Below, in pieces: positions 9,515 to 17,732 of a stretch of 64,000 nt of DNA (position 1 is the first letter of the stretch; each line of letters begins with the position of its first letter). The translations under genes and the position numbers were made by a program. The stretch comes from a virus (lineage: Duplodnaviria > Heunggongvirae > Uroviricota > Caudoviricetes): the IMG/VR virus record IMGVR_UViG_3300046047_000103; one strand, 5' to 3'. The notes under the pieces were generated by a model that worked only from the letters and a program-made list of their open reading frames with translations, ran no database searches and was not told the origin of the DNA.

Positions 9515-9931
9515 ATGGATGGTGAGGTCGTCTACTTCTCATCGGTGTCCGGGAACACGGCAAGATTCATAGTAAGCTGTGAGTTCACCGTCCCCGTGGA
9601 GCGGGTGCCGTTGAAGGCGTCTGAACCCCAGCTTGTGGTCACGAGACCCTATGTGCTTATCACGCCGACGTACGGTGGTGGTGAGAGCGGGCATGCTGTC
9701 CCGGTGCAGGTGAAGAGATTCCTCCAATGGCATGATAACTGGAGGCTGATGCGCGGGGTGATAGCAGCTGGAAACATGAACTTCGGAACCGCGTACGGTA
9801 AGGCCGGTGACGTGCTGTCCAGCAGGTTCCATGTCCCCATGCTGTACAGATTTGAACTCACGGGTACGGAGAGGGATCGACAGATCGTCCGTGACGGCGT
9901 GGAGGAGTTCCTCAGATCGCTTCCCGCTTGA
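9515..9931 (+). CDS. nrdI: NrdI flavodoxin-like protein
   Basis: VYFSSVSGNTARF motif. Start placed at MDGEVVYF after an AAGAGGTGA RBS. Lies directly upstream of nrdE. Confidence 0.8.
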   Translation: MDGEVVYFSSVSGNTARFIVSCEFTVPVERVPLKASEPQLVVTRPYVLITPTYGGGESGHAVPVQVKRFLQWHDNWRLMRGVIAAGNMNFGTAYGKAGDVLSSRFHVPMLYRFELTGTERDRQIVRDGVEEFLRSLPA

Positions 9932-9934
9932 ACG

Positions 9935-10017
9935 CAGATCTGTGAACTTCATCACTATTTGATTAGCGCAGATCTGTACATGATCCGTCGATTCCGAGTG
10001 ATCGTACGATAGATCTG
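9935..10017. promoter_or_regulatory. Three CAGATCTG-type palindromic boxes in the nrdI-nrdE intergenic region
   Basis: gcagatctgt at 9934, gcagatctgt at 9968 and tagatctgt at 10010. The same palindrome recurs in other intergenic regions. Confidence 0.45.
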
Positions 10018-10045
10018 TTATTCGCGGATAAGGACAGACGATAAG

Positions 10046-12250
10046 GTGAAGGGTATGATGGATCATATGAGAACAATGACTGATGAAGATGTGAAGAGGT
10101 ACCGGGCTGAGGCGCAGTCTGCGGTCGCGGATGGGCTAGATCCCCGCGCTTTGAACGCAGAGTTGAATATCTGGGGTGCTGGCAGGCATATCCAGTTCGA
10201 GCGTGATCTTGTGGCCGAGCAGTCTTACATGATCACTGATGTCGAGCCGAATGAGAAGCGGTTCCCGACCGAGCATGATCGTGTCCACTGGCTCGTGGAC
10301 AACGGATATTATGAGCACGATCTCGTAGACCTGTACACGGATGAGTTCATTGACCGCATCCATGGCCTGGGAAGATCCGAGTGGAAGGCGTTCGGATCGT
10401 TCATGGGCGTCTACAAGTTCTATCAGCAGTACGCGATGCGGACAGGTGACGGCAAGACGCATCTTGAGGATTTCGTGGAGCGTGCTGTCGCCACCGCTCT
10501 CAAGCTAGCGCAGGGTGATGAGGACTTCGCCACGCGGATCGCCCACGCGATCATCACGAGACAGTACCAGCCAGCTACCCCGACCTTCCTGAACGCTGGG
10601 AAGGTGCGCCGCGGGGAGTACGTGTCATGCTATCTGCTCCGCACCGAGGACAACATGGAGAGCATCGGAAGGAACATCAACTCTGCCCTTCAGCTATCGA
10701 AGCGCGGTGGCGGTGTAGCTCTTGGTCTGAGCAATCTGCGTGAGCAGGGCGCCCCCATCAAGGGCATCGAGAACCAGTCAAGCGGCGTAGTCCCGGTGAT
10801 GAAGATCTTGGAGGACTCGTTCAGTTACGCGAACCAGCTCGGTGCTCGTCAGGGCGCCGGCGCCGTGTATCTCCATATGAATCATCCGGACATCATGAGA
10901 TTCCTTGACACGAAGCGGGAGAACGCTGACGAGAAGATAAGGATCAAGACACTGTCCCTTGGGATCGTGGTTCCGGACGTGGCTTTCAGGCTTGCTCGCG
11001 AGAATGCGGACATGGCGCTGTTCTCCCCGTACGGTCTGCAGAAGTACTATGGTAAGGGTCTTGCTGACATCGGGGTGAGTGATCATTATGACGAGCTGGC
11101 CGCAGATCCGAGGGTCGTCGCTGGTCATGTGAATGTCCGCAAGCTGTTCACGACGATAGCAGAGCTGCAATTCGAGTCAGGCTATCCGTACCTCATGTTC
11201 GAGGATACGGTGAACAGGGAGAATCCGATTCCTGGGCGGATCGTGCAGAGCAATCTCTGCTCCGAGATCTTGCAGTCGCAAGAGCCGTCCGAGTACGATG
11301 AAGATCTGTCCTACAAGTCCGTCGGCATTGACGTGTCTTGCAACCTCGGATCGTTGAACGTCGCGCGGGCCTTCGAGTCCGGCGATCTTGGCGGCGTGGT
11401 GAACACGGCGGTGCGATCATTGACAGCAGTGTCTGAACTCACTGATGTCGGCTCAGTGCCGTCACTCAGGAAGGCGAATGACACGAGGCATACGATCGGT
11501 CTTGGCGAGATGAATCTGCACGGATTCCTCATGAGTCACGGACTAGCATACGGTTCGCCCGAAGCGCTTGAGTTCGTGGACGCATACTTCCGCACCGTCT
11601 CGTACCATGCGATCTTGACGAGCAACAAGCTAGCGATCGAGCGTGGTGAACGCTTCCAGGGGTTCGAGGAGTCCGGGTACGCTGACGGATCATACTTCGA
11701 CAGATTCACTTCAAGAACGCGGGACTTCAAGTATGACGCTGTCCGCAGGCTGTTCGATGAGTACAGGGCGACTGTTCCCACGGTGGATGACTGGAACAAG
11801 CTAAGGGAATCCGTGATTGAGCATGGCATCTTCAATGCATATCTGCAGGCAGTGCCTCCAACTGGAAGCATCTCGTACATCAACGGATCAACATCATCGA
11901 TCCATCCCGTGGCTGCTGCCATCGAGATCCGTAAGGAGGGTAAGACCGGTAGGGTGTACTATCCGGCGTACGGTCTTACCGATGAGAACGTGAATGAGTA
12001 CAAGGATGCGTACCAGATCGGCCCTCGGGCGATCATCGACACGTATGCGGCCGCGCAGCCTTACGTGGATCAGGGCATGAGCCTCACGCTGTTCTATCCT
12101 GATACGGTGACGACTCGAGACGTGGTGAAGAATTACATCTACGCGTGGAGTAAGGGCGTGAAGACGCTGTACTACATGAGGCTTCGCCAGGCTGCTCTTG
12201 ACGGCACTGAGGTCGATAACGTGAGCGAGTGCATAAGTTGTCAATTATAA
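10046..12250 (+). CDS. nrdE: ribonucleotide reductase class Ib alpha subunit
   Basis: 734 aa with no ATP cone. Active-site NLCSEI, PTGSISYI, and a C-terminal CISC pair. Follows nrdI. Confidence 0.9.
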   Translation: MKGMMDHMRTMTDEDVKRYRAEAQSAVADGLDPRALNAELNIWGAGRHIQFERDLVAEQSYMITDVEPNEKRFPTEHDRVHWLVDNGYYEHDLVDLYTDEFIDRIHGLGRSEWKAFGSFMGVYKFYQQYAMRTGDGKTHLEDFVERAVATALKLAQGDEDFATRIAHAIITRQYQPATPTFLNAGKVRRGEYVSCYLLRTEDNMESIGRNINSALQLSKRGGGVALGLSNLREQGAPIKGIENQSSGVVPVMKILEDSFSYANQLGARQGAGAVYLHMNHPDIMRFLDTKRENADEKIRIKTLSLGIVVPDVAFRLARENADMALFSPYGLQKYYGKGLADIGVSDHYDELAADPRVVAGHVNVRKLFTTIAELQFESGYPYLMFEDTVNRENPIPGRIVQSNLCSEILQSQEPSEYDEDLSYKSVGIDVSCNLGSLNVARAFESGDLGGVVNTAVRSLTAVSELTDVGSVPSLRKANDTRHTIGLGEMNLHGFLMSHGLAYGSPEALEFVDAYFRTVSYHAILTSNKLAIERGERFQGFEESGYADGSYFDRFTSRTRDFKYDAVRRLFDEYRATVPTVDDWNKLRESVIEHGIFNAYLQAVPPTGSISYINGSTSSIHPVAAAIEIRKEGKTGRVYYPAYGLTDENVNEYKDAYQIGPRAIIDTYAAAQPYVDQGMSLTLFYPDTVTTRDVVKNYIYAWSKGVKTLYYMRLRQAALDGTEVDNVSECISCQL

Positions 12251-12403
12251 ATAAGTCTTATTGTTCGCTCGATTCGGGTTTGCTCATACTTAAGCAGATG
12301 AGCGATATACAGTCAAGTCGAATGCAGTTCCGTATCAGCCGGCCAGCACTTCATTGACAAGATAAGTCCGTGGAATGATGATACCAGGGGCGCGGACAAT
12401 TGA

Positions 12404-13432
12404 TCACCATCCGTACTCACCGAATGACGCGATGTACTTCTGCACCTTACCGGACGACTTGACCCTTGGATCATTCAGGAAGATAGTCCTCAGATCTCTT
12501 CCAGCGATGATCTTGTGGAAGTACCTCGCCAGAGCCAGCAGCACGGTGTCATCAACATGATCATTTGACAGGACGCCCATCGTGAACATGATCTCATTCG
12601 TCTGGCCGTAATCGTGCTTATCATGGTTCACGATCGTGAGTACGTCCTTGACGAGAATCTTCCCGATTCTGCGGCCGAACGCTATCCCCCTGACGGCTAT
12701 TGACTTAGACGACTCGCTGATACGATATGATGTCTTCGCCTTGTCGATGAGATCTGGAAGCAGCTCCCAGCCCTGCAGGCCCTTGGCCATGCACGCGGTC
12801 TCCAGGGACTTGACTGCACCGTCGCTGTCAATGCGGTCGAATGCGGATCGGACGCCCTTACCGGCGTAGAACTCAAGATCATCGTTGCTAAGATTCCCGT
12901 GACCGCAGAACGTCTCCAGCTGGCTACGATCACCGATCTTACTGATGGCCGAGGCCACCCAGTTAGCGAGCTTGCCGCCGTCTGGAAGCCTCTTCAAGAC
13001 GGCGTTGATCGTGCTATGAGATGGCTTCCAGAACAAGACGCTCTTCAGATCGTCCTCTCCAGACTTGGGATCATTAGCAATGTTAAGCGCATCTTCCTCG
13101 CTGATGTGCTTCCAGTCCACGTAGCCCGGCCGGGCCTTCCAGTCCCTGTCCTGGAGTTCCTTCACCCTGTTAAGCAGTCGAAGGGCCTCGCCTTCCGGCG
13201 TGGTCTCATACGTGAGGTCAGGTGAGTTGCCGTACATGTACGGGTCACGGACCCTGAATCCGTGACCGTATCTCACGCAATCTAGAATAGCTTCGATCGT
13301 GTCGTCGGAGAGATAGTCAGTGTCGCCGTTCTTGAGATACCGGCGGGCAGTGCTGACATCATTCGTGGAGAACTCTACGATCGCTCCATTATCTGACATG
13401 CTTGCATCCTTCCTTGTTGGTAAGACAATCAT
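12404..13432 (-). CDS. hypothetical protein
   Basis: 342-aa ORF convergent with nrdE. Confidence 0.5.
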   Translation of the reverse strand: MIVLPTRKDASMSDNGAIVEFSTNDVSTARRYLKNGDTDYLSDDTIEAILDCVRYGHGFRVRDPYMYGNSPDLTYETTPEGEALRLLNRVKELQDRDWKARPGYVDWKHISEEDALNIANDPKSGEDDLKSVLFWKPSHSTINAVLKRLPDGGKLANWVASAISKIGDRSQLETFCGHGNLSNDDLEFYAGKGVRSAFDRIDSDGAVKSLETACMAKGLQGWELLPDLIDKAKTSYRISESSKSIAVRGIAFGRRIGKILVKDVLTIVNHDKHDYGQTNEIMFTMGVLSNDHVDDTVLLALARYFHKIIAGRDLRTIFLNDPRVKSSGKVQKYIASFGEYGW

Positions 13433-13539
13433 AACATAGTCTTATGAGAACAGGTGACGGCGTGTCCCATCTGAAGGCGTCTTGAACGATCTGTAATGTG
13501 ACCGGTTCAACTGTTCACAGCTGATCTTACCCGGATCAG

Positions 13540-13815
13540 TCACTTACCGCCTCTGTCCCTGCCTCCGGTGTAGTCGATGAGTGGAAGATCCTGATCACGC
13601 TTGTCATCAACGGATACGATCTTGAAGTCACGGATCGTCATCAGTGAGTCCGTCCAATCCTCGCGCCGTCCGTCACCTCCGAAGATCTTAACCTGGCAGT
13701 CTTCCAGCTGGACGGGAACCTCGTCACCGATACGGAAGACCTTCATTCCGCGTCCGAGGGCCTTGGTCTGCCATTCATGATCATTCGTGTCTTTGATGGA
13801 ATCGTACATGCCCAT
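13540..13815 (-). CDS. small hypothetical protein
   Basis: 91-aa ORF. Confidence 0.35.
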   Translation of the reverse strand: MGMYDSIKDTNDHEWQTKALGRGMKVFRIGDEVPVQLEDCQVKIFGGDGRREDWTDSLMTIRDFKIVSVDDKRDQDLPLIDYTGGRDRGGK

Positions 13816-13842
13816 TAGTGAATCCCCTATTCTTCCATGGTC

Positions 13843-14121
13843 TCATAGTCTGTCGTCGGGCTGATGGCAATAGATGCAGTCGTCGTGACCCGGATCGTCA
13901 TCATCGTCATAGATGCAGCTCCCTGTCGGACTGTCCTCGCATGCCCATACTCCAAGATCTGGATGATTGATCCCCGTGATCTCGGATACGATCATCATGA
14001 TCTCAAGATCGTGCCCATTGATGATCCTAGCCCATGTCTTCATGGGCTCACGAGCATTACGGATCTTGTACTGGTGAACCCTGATCTTGGCGATCTCAAC
14101 TGCGGTCGCCGTTCTCATCAC
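13843..14121 (-). CDS. small Cys-rich hypothetical protein
   Basis: 92-aa ORF with C-terminal CIYDDDDDPGHDDCIYCH. Confidence 0.35.
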   Translation of the reverse strand: MMRTATAVEIAKIRVHQYKIRNAREPMKTWARIINGHDLEIMMIVSEITGINHPDLGVWACEDSPTGSCIYDDDDDPGHDDCIYCHQPDDRL

Positions 14122-14729
14122 AGATCCCTCTTGTTGGTGAGATCGATGTCAGATCTGCGCACGACGCTTCCGATGCGCTTGAACTTGTTCTTGGATGGGA
14201 TCAGGTCAAGATCCTTAAGACGGGCTTCCATGGTCTTCGCGGTCACCTTGAATCGTTTCGAGATCTGCTTCACGGTCTTGCCTGCAGTCCATTGCGCGGC
14301 CACGGCGTCCTCCGGCATGGAGAGATTGTATGCGAAGCGTCTGATCCACTTCTTGACGGGCGCGCTGGCATCGTTGCCTGCAAGCTTGATAGCAATCGTG
14401 TCCGTCGATCCGGAGGCATCAAGGGGATCCTGTAGGGCGTAGATACCAAGAGCGATGGCAAGGGCGATCGTCCTGTCCGCTTCAGACACTGTCTCATCAA
14501 GAACGATGGTCGACGGCAGACCGGACTCATGCTTGATGATGACGACGCCGTCCACATGATGATCTCGCGTGATGTTAGGCTTCCTGTACATGGGGATGTG
14601 CAGATCGTTGACAAGAGTTGACGGTGGCACCCTGTCAGCACCGGCTACTGATCTTCCCACTGACGCGATGACCCGCTCGACCGCTCTAGCGGGATCCGTC
14701 TTGATCGTTATGCCTTCCATCAGAATCAC
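14118..14729 (-). CDS. DNA-binding protein with a C-terminal helix-turn-helix
   Basis: TAGKTVKQISKRFKVTAKTMEARLKDL resembles sigma-70 region 4 / an HTH. Confidence 0.45.
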   Translation of the reverse strand: MILMEGITIKTDPARAVERVIASVGRSVAGADRVPPSTLVNDLHIPMYRKPNITRDHHVDGVVIIKHESGLPSTIVLDETVSEADRTIALAIALGIYALQDPLDASGSTDTIAIKLAGNDASAPVKKWIRRFAYNLSMPEDAVAAQWTAGKTVKQISKRFKVTAKTMEARLKDLDLIPSKNKFKRIGSVVRRSDIDLTNKRDL

Positions 14730-14878
14730 CTTCCTGTCCGCAGACTACCTGAGTCCATGATAACACGCTGACGCAGATCTGCAACCGGCGCGCTGGTCAC
14801 CGGCGCATGACCATGCTTCTCATCGTATGATGCGGAAAGGACTGCTTCCTGACACGATTCCTGAGACTGACGCCGCGG

Positions 14879-15298
14879 TTGATGGTCACGATCTTGTATC
14901 CCCGGACGGCGAAGGGGCAGATGCTTGCCCAGATGGCCTATGCGATGGGTGGACGGGCTGCCGAGGAGATCTTCACGGGGACGTCGACCACAGGTGCAAG
15001 CAATGACTTCGAGAAGGCCACGCAGATCGCCAGGGACATGGTGACGAAGTACGGTTACGGATCTGACACCGGGCTTGCAGCGTGGTCATCTGATGACAAG
15101 ATGATGTCAGAATCAACCAGATCTGCCATTGACCGGGAGGTGATCACCCTGCTGAATGATGCCATGGCGACCGCACGGAGGGCTATCACCGTGAACAAGA
15201 CAGTGCTGTCAGATCTTGTTGGCAGGCTGGTCGAGCATGAGACCATCAACGGATCAGAGCTTGATGGCGTGATCGCCAAGGTGTCCGCGGTGGATTGA
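14879..15298 (+). CDS. ftsH: FtsH protease C-terminal fragment. It lacks the AAA and HEXXH parts.
   Basis: VTILYPRTAKG...MGGRAAEEIFTGTSTTGASNDFEKATQIARDMVTKYGYG aligns with FtsH KVTIIPRG...LGGRAAEEI..STGASNDI..AT.IAR.MVT. TTG/ATG start. An in-frame stop 50 nt upstream excludes a longer protein. Confidence 0.55.
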   Translation: MMVTILYPRTAKGQMLAQMAYAMGGRAAEEIFTGTSTTGASNDFEKATQIARDMVTKYGYGSDTGLAAWSSDDKMMSESTRSAIDREVITLLNDAMATARRAITVNKTVLSDLVGRLVEHETINGSELDGVIAKVSAVD

Positions 15299-15308
15299 TC
15301 TTGATATC

Positions 15309-15896
15309 ATGATGCTGTATGGAGGGGAAGGCGTCTTGAATGGAATCATAGTACTGGAAATTGCGGATCTGATGTGCTTGATGATTCTTCCGTCTAGCAT
15401 CGTGATGACTGCCGGTGCACGGCGTCGTGAAGCTGCGGAAGAGTCATTCTTGAAGTCATGGATCGAATTCTGGACGCTGACGAGGGTCATGGCGGTGTCG
15501 ATCATCATCGGCGCGACAGCGCTGTTGAGCGTCATCATTCTTGGACCGATCCATTCGACGTTCGACAATGATGTCAGTGACGGAGCCCGAACTGCTGCCA
15601 TCATGGGTGGCAATGACACTGAATTAGTGTCTGCGTTCAATAAGGACGATGCTGGCGATGATCGCGGCCAAGTGGACAGTGTGGCCGATCTTCTGAAGAG
15701 TCAATTGATCAAGGATGGGTTCATCGTTACCAACGTCAAGTGTGATCCGAAGACGGCAGACGCTGGTGACAAGGTCAGCTGCTCGGTGGATGGACGGATT
15801 CCGGTTCCGTTCGCACCTGACATTCAGATCTCATCGTCCGCATCAGCTCTGTCCGAGGTCAATGCGTCACATAAGACCAGTGCGTCCACATCTTGA
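15309..15896 (+). CDS. membrane-anchored secreted protein with a DUF4333-like two-Cys domain
   Basis: TM helix, then IVTNVKCDPKTADAGDKVSCSVDG (DUF4333-like pattern). Confidence 0.4.
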   Translation: MMLYGGEGVLNGIIVLEIADLMCLMILPSSIVMTAGARRREAAEESFLKSWIEFWTLTRVMAVSIIIGATALLSVIILGPIHSTFDNDVSDGARTAAIMGGNDTELVSAFNKDDAGDDRGQVDSVADLLKSQLIKDGFIVTNVKCDPKTADAGDKVSCSVDGRIPVPFAPDIQISSSASALSEVNASHKTSASTS

Positions 15897-16043
15897 TGTC
15901 CGATAAGCATTGGAATAACAGTAGGGCATTCTCAGTCAATGGACGCGATCTGATTCCAGATGACAAGTAGCTCTTCAAGTTGCATCCGTCGCAGATCTGC
16001 GATATTTTAGTAACGTCAAGTAATCTTATAGGGAGGAAATTCC

Positions 16044-16616
16044 ATGCCGTCATTCTTAACCAAGAAGAATTCGTTCATCGGAGCGGTCATCATTGTAGTC
16101 ATCGTCGTCTTCGTCGGATTCTTCCTCGCCGCGCAGGGCGCTAAGAACTCCGCCATCAAGCAGGAGAACATGATCGAGCGCGAGCAGTCTAATGTCCAGA
16201 CGATCGTGCAGAAGCGTGTTGATGCACTCACTGAGCTCATCAACACCGTCAAGGCGTCTAGCAAGTTCGAGCAGGATACAATCACCAAGCTCACTGATGC
16301 TCGCAGCAAGGCGAAGACCGGTGATATCGAGGGCAGCGCTACCGTTCTTCAGGCGACCGCGGAAGCGTATCCAGATCTGAAGAGCATTGACCTGTTCTCT
16401 CAGGTGAACCAGGAGACCGTCACCATCGAGAATCAGCTGTCGAATTCAAGGCAAGCGTATAACACGGCCATCCGCGACTACAGGAATAAGACGCAGACCT
16501 TCCCGAACAGCAGTCTGCTTGCAATGGCAGGGTACACTGCGAAGGACTACAAGCCGTTCACGGCTAATAGCTCCGCGCAGGACTACGATCCGTCATCTGA
16601 CAATCTCTGGAACTGA
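16044..16616 (+). CDS. lemA: LemA family membrane protein
   Basis: N-terminal TM. VDALTELINTVKAS...AYPDLKS...TENQL..R.AYN.A.RDYN...FP matches the LemA family. Confidence 0.8.
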   Translation: MPSFLTKKNSFIGAVIIVVIVVFVGFFLAAQGAKNSAIKQENMIEREQSNVQTIVQKRVDALTELINTVKASSKFEQDTITKLTDARSKAKTGDIEGSATVLQATAEAYPDLKSIDLFSQVNQETVTIENQLSNSRQAYNTAIRDYRNKTQTFPNSSLLAMAGYTAKDYKPFTANSSAQDYDPSSDNLWN

Positions 16617-16688
16617 TCACATACTGCCGGCACAGTCCGGCACTCATCATTAAGACCGTGTCTATGTTCTTAAGGAAAGAAGACGATC

Positions 16689-17510
16689 ATGTCCTTCCTC
16701 TCTCGGGGAGTACTTGGTAAGCTCAAGGGTCGGACGTTCCTGATCCTGGTGGCCATTCTCACAGGTCTTATCATTCTGACGACGATCAACGCCGTTCTTA
16801 TCAACATGTGGAAGGATCATGACAGCGAGGTCAGGAGTAAGATCATATCTGGTCTCTCCGTGACCACGGCCAAAGATCTTGGCTGGCAGGTGAAGACCCA
16901 GGCGGGCAATCTTGTCGTTCAGGGTAAGGTCACGATCCCGAAGGATCAGTGCGCCAGGTTCAATGAGATGGACGGATCATACTGCGCCGCATCCGTGACG
17001 AAGACCGAGGAGATCTATACCCGTCATGAACGCAAGTATGATTGCGGGGCCGATGCTCATCCGAGGACTTGCACTGAGGTCTATTGGTCATGGGATCTGG
17101 CCGGATCGTGGTCAGATCAGGCAAGCAATGGTGTGATCCTCGGCAAGACGCTCCCGTATTCATGGCTGCGTGCAAGTGAAGACAGAGTGGATCCATCCGT
17201 CATTGGTATCAATGGATGCAGATTTAGGTACTGCTATGAGGGATCTGGCATCAGATACTCATACAAGGCCGCTCCGGGGAGGTATTCAGGGGTCGCTTAT
17301 CTTACATCTGACAGTGATGGCCTGTCAAGCTTCAACGGATTCGATGAAGATGAGACCGCGGATGGAGCGAAGAATGCAGCCCAGCACCCGTCTGTGATTC
17401 CCGACGTCGTGTTCTGGATCGTTGAGTTCATTCTGATGGCAGCTGCCAGCGCTATTGGATTCACCGTCGTCAGGAATGACCTTGATGACGGTGCAGACAA
17501 TGATTTCTGA
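16689..17510 (+). CDS. membrane protein with a Cys-rich extracytoplasmic domain
   Basis: N- and C-terminal TM segments. Downstream of lemA. Confidence 0.5.
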   Translation: MSFLSRGVLGKLKGRTFLILVAILTGLIILTTINAVLINMWKDHDSEVRSKIISGLSVTTAKDLGWQVKTQAGNLVVQGKVTIPKDQCARFNEMDGSYCAASVTKTEEIYTRHERKYDCGADAHPRTCTEVYWSWDLAGSWSDQASNGVILGKTLPYSWLRASEDRVDPSVIGINGCRFRYCYEGSGIRYSYKAAPGRYSGVAYLTSDSDGLSSFNGFDEDETADGAKNAAQHPSVIPDVVFWIVEFILMAAASAIGFTVVRNDLDDGADNDF

Positions 17511-17732
17511 TCTCACCAGTCATCTTCAGATCCAGCTATGCGCAGAAGCATAGACCCTACTGCCATTCTGAACGCAATCAGATCGGTCATGCGCTGGAAA
17601 GCGCGATCTAGTATGACGTTACTTCTTGAACGCTGTTGCGTCTTCAGATGCCAGATCTGTCATCATTGCCTTGACGGCGTGTCTGTCGTCAAGGCATGTT
17701 ATCATTGATGTATCCAATCATAATGGGAAGGC

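Noticed and set aside
12266-12304. Terminator hairpin between convergent nrdE and the 12404..13432 gene
   Set aside because: Only a 5-6-bp stem (gctcat/atgagc) with a 10-nt loop and no T tract. Too weak to call.
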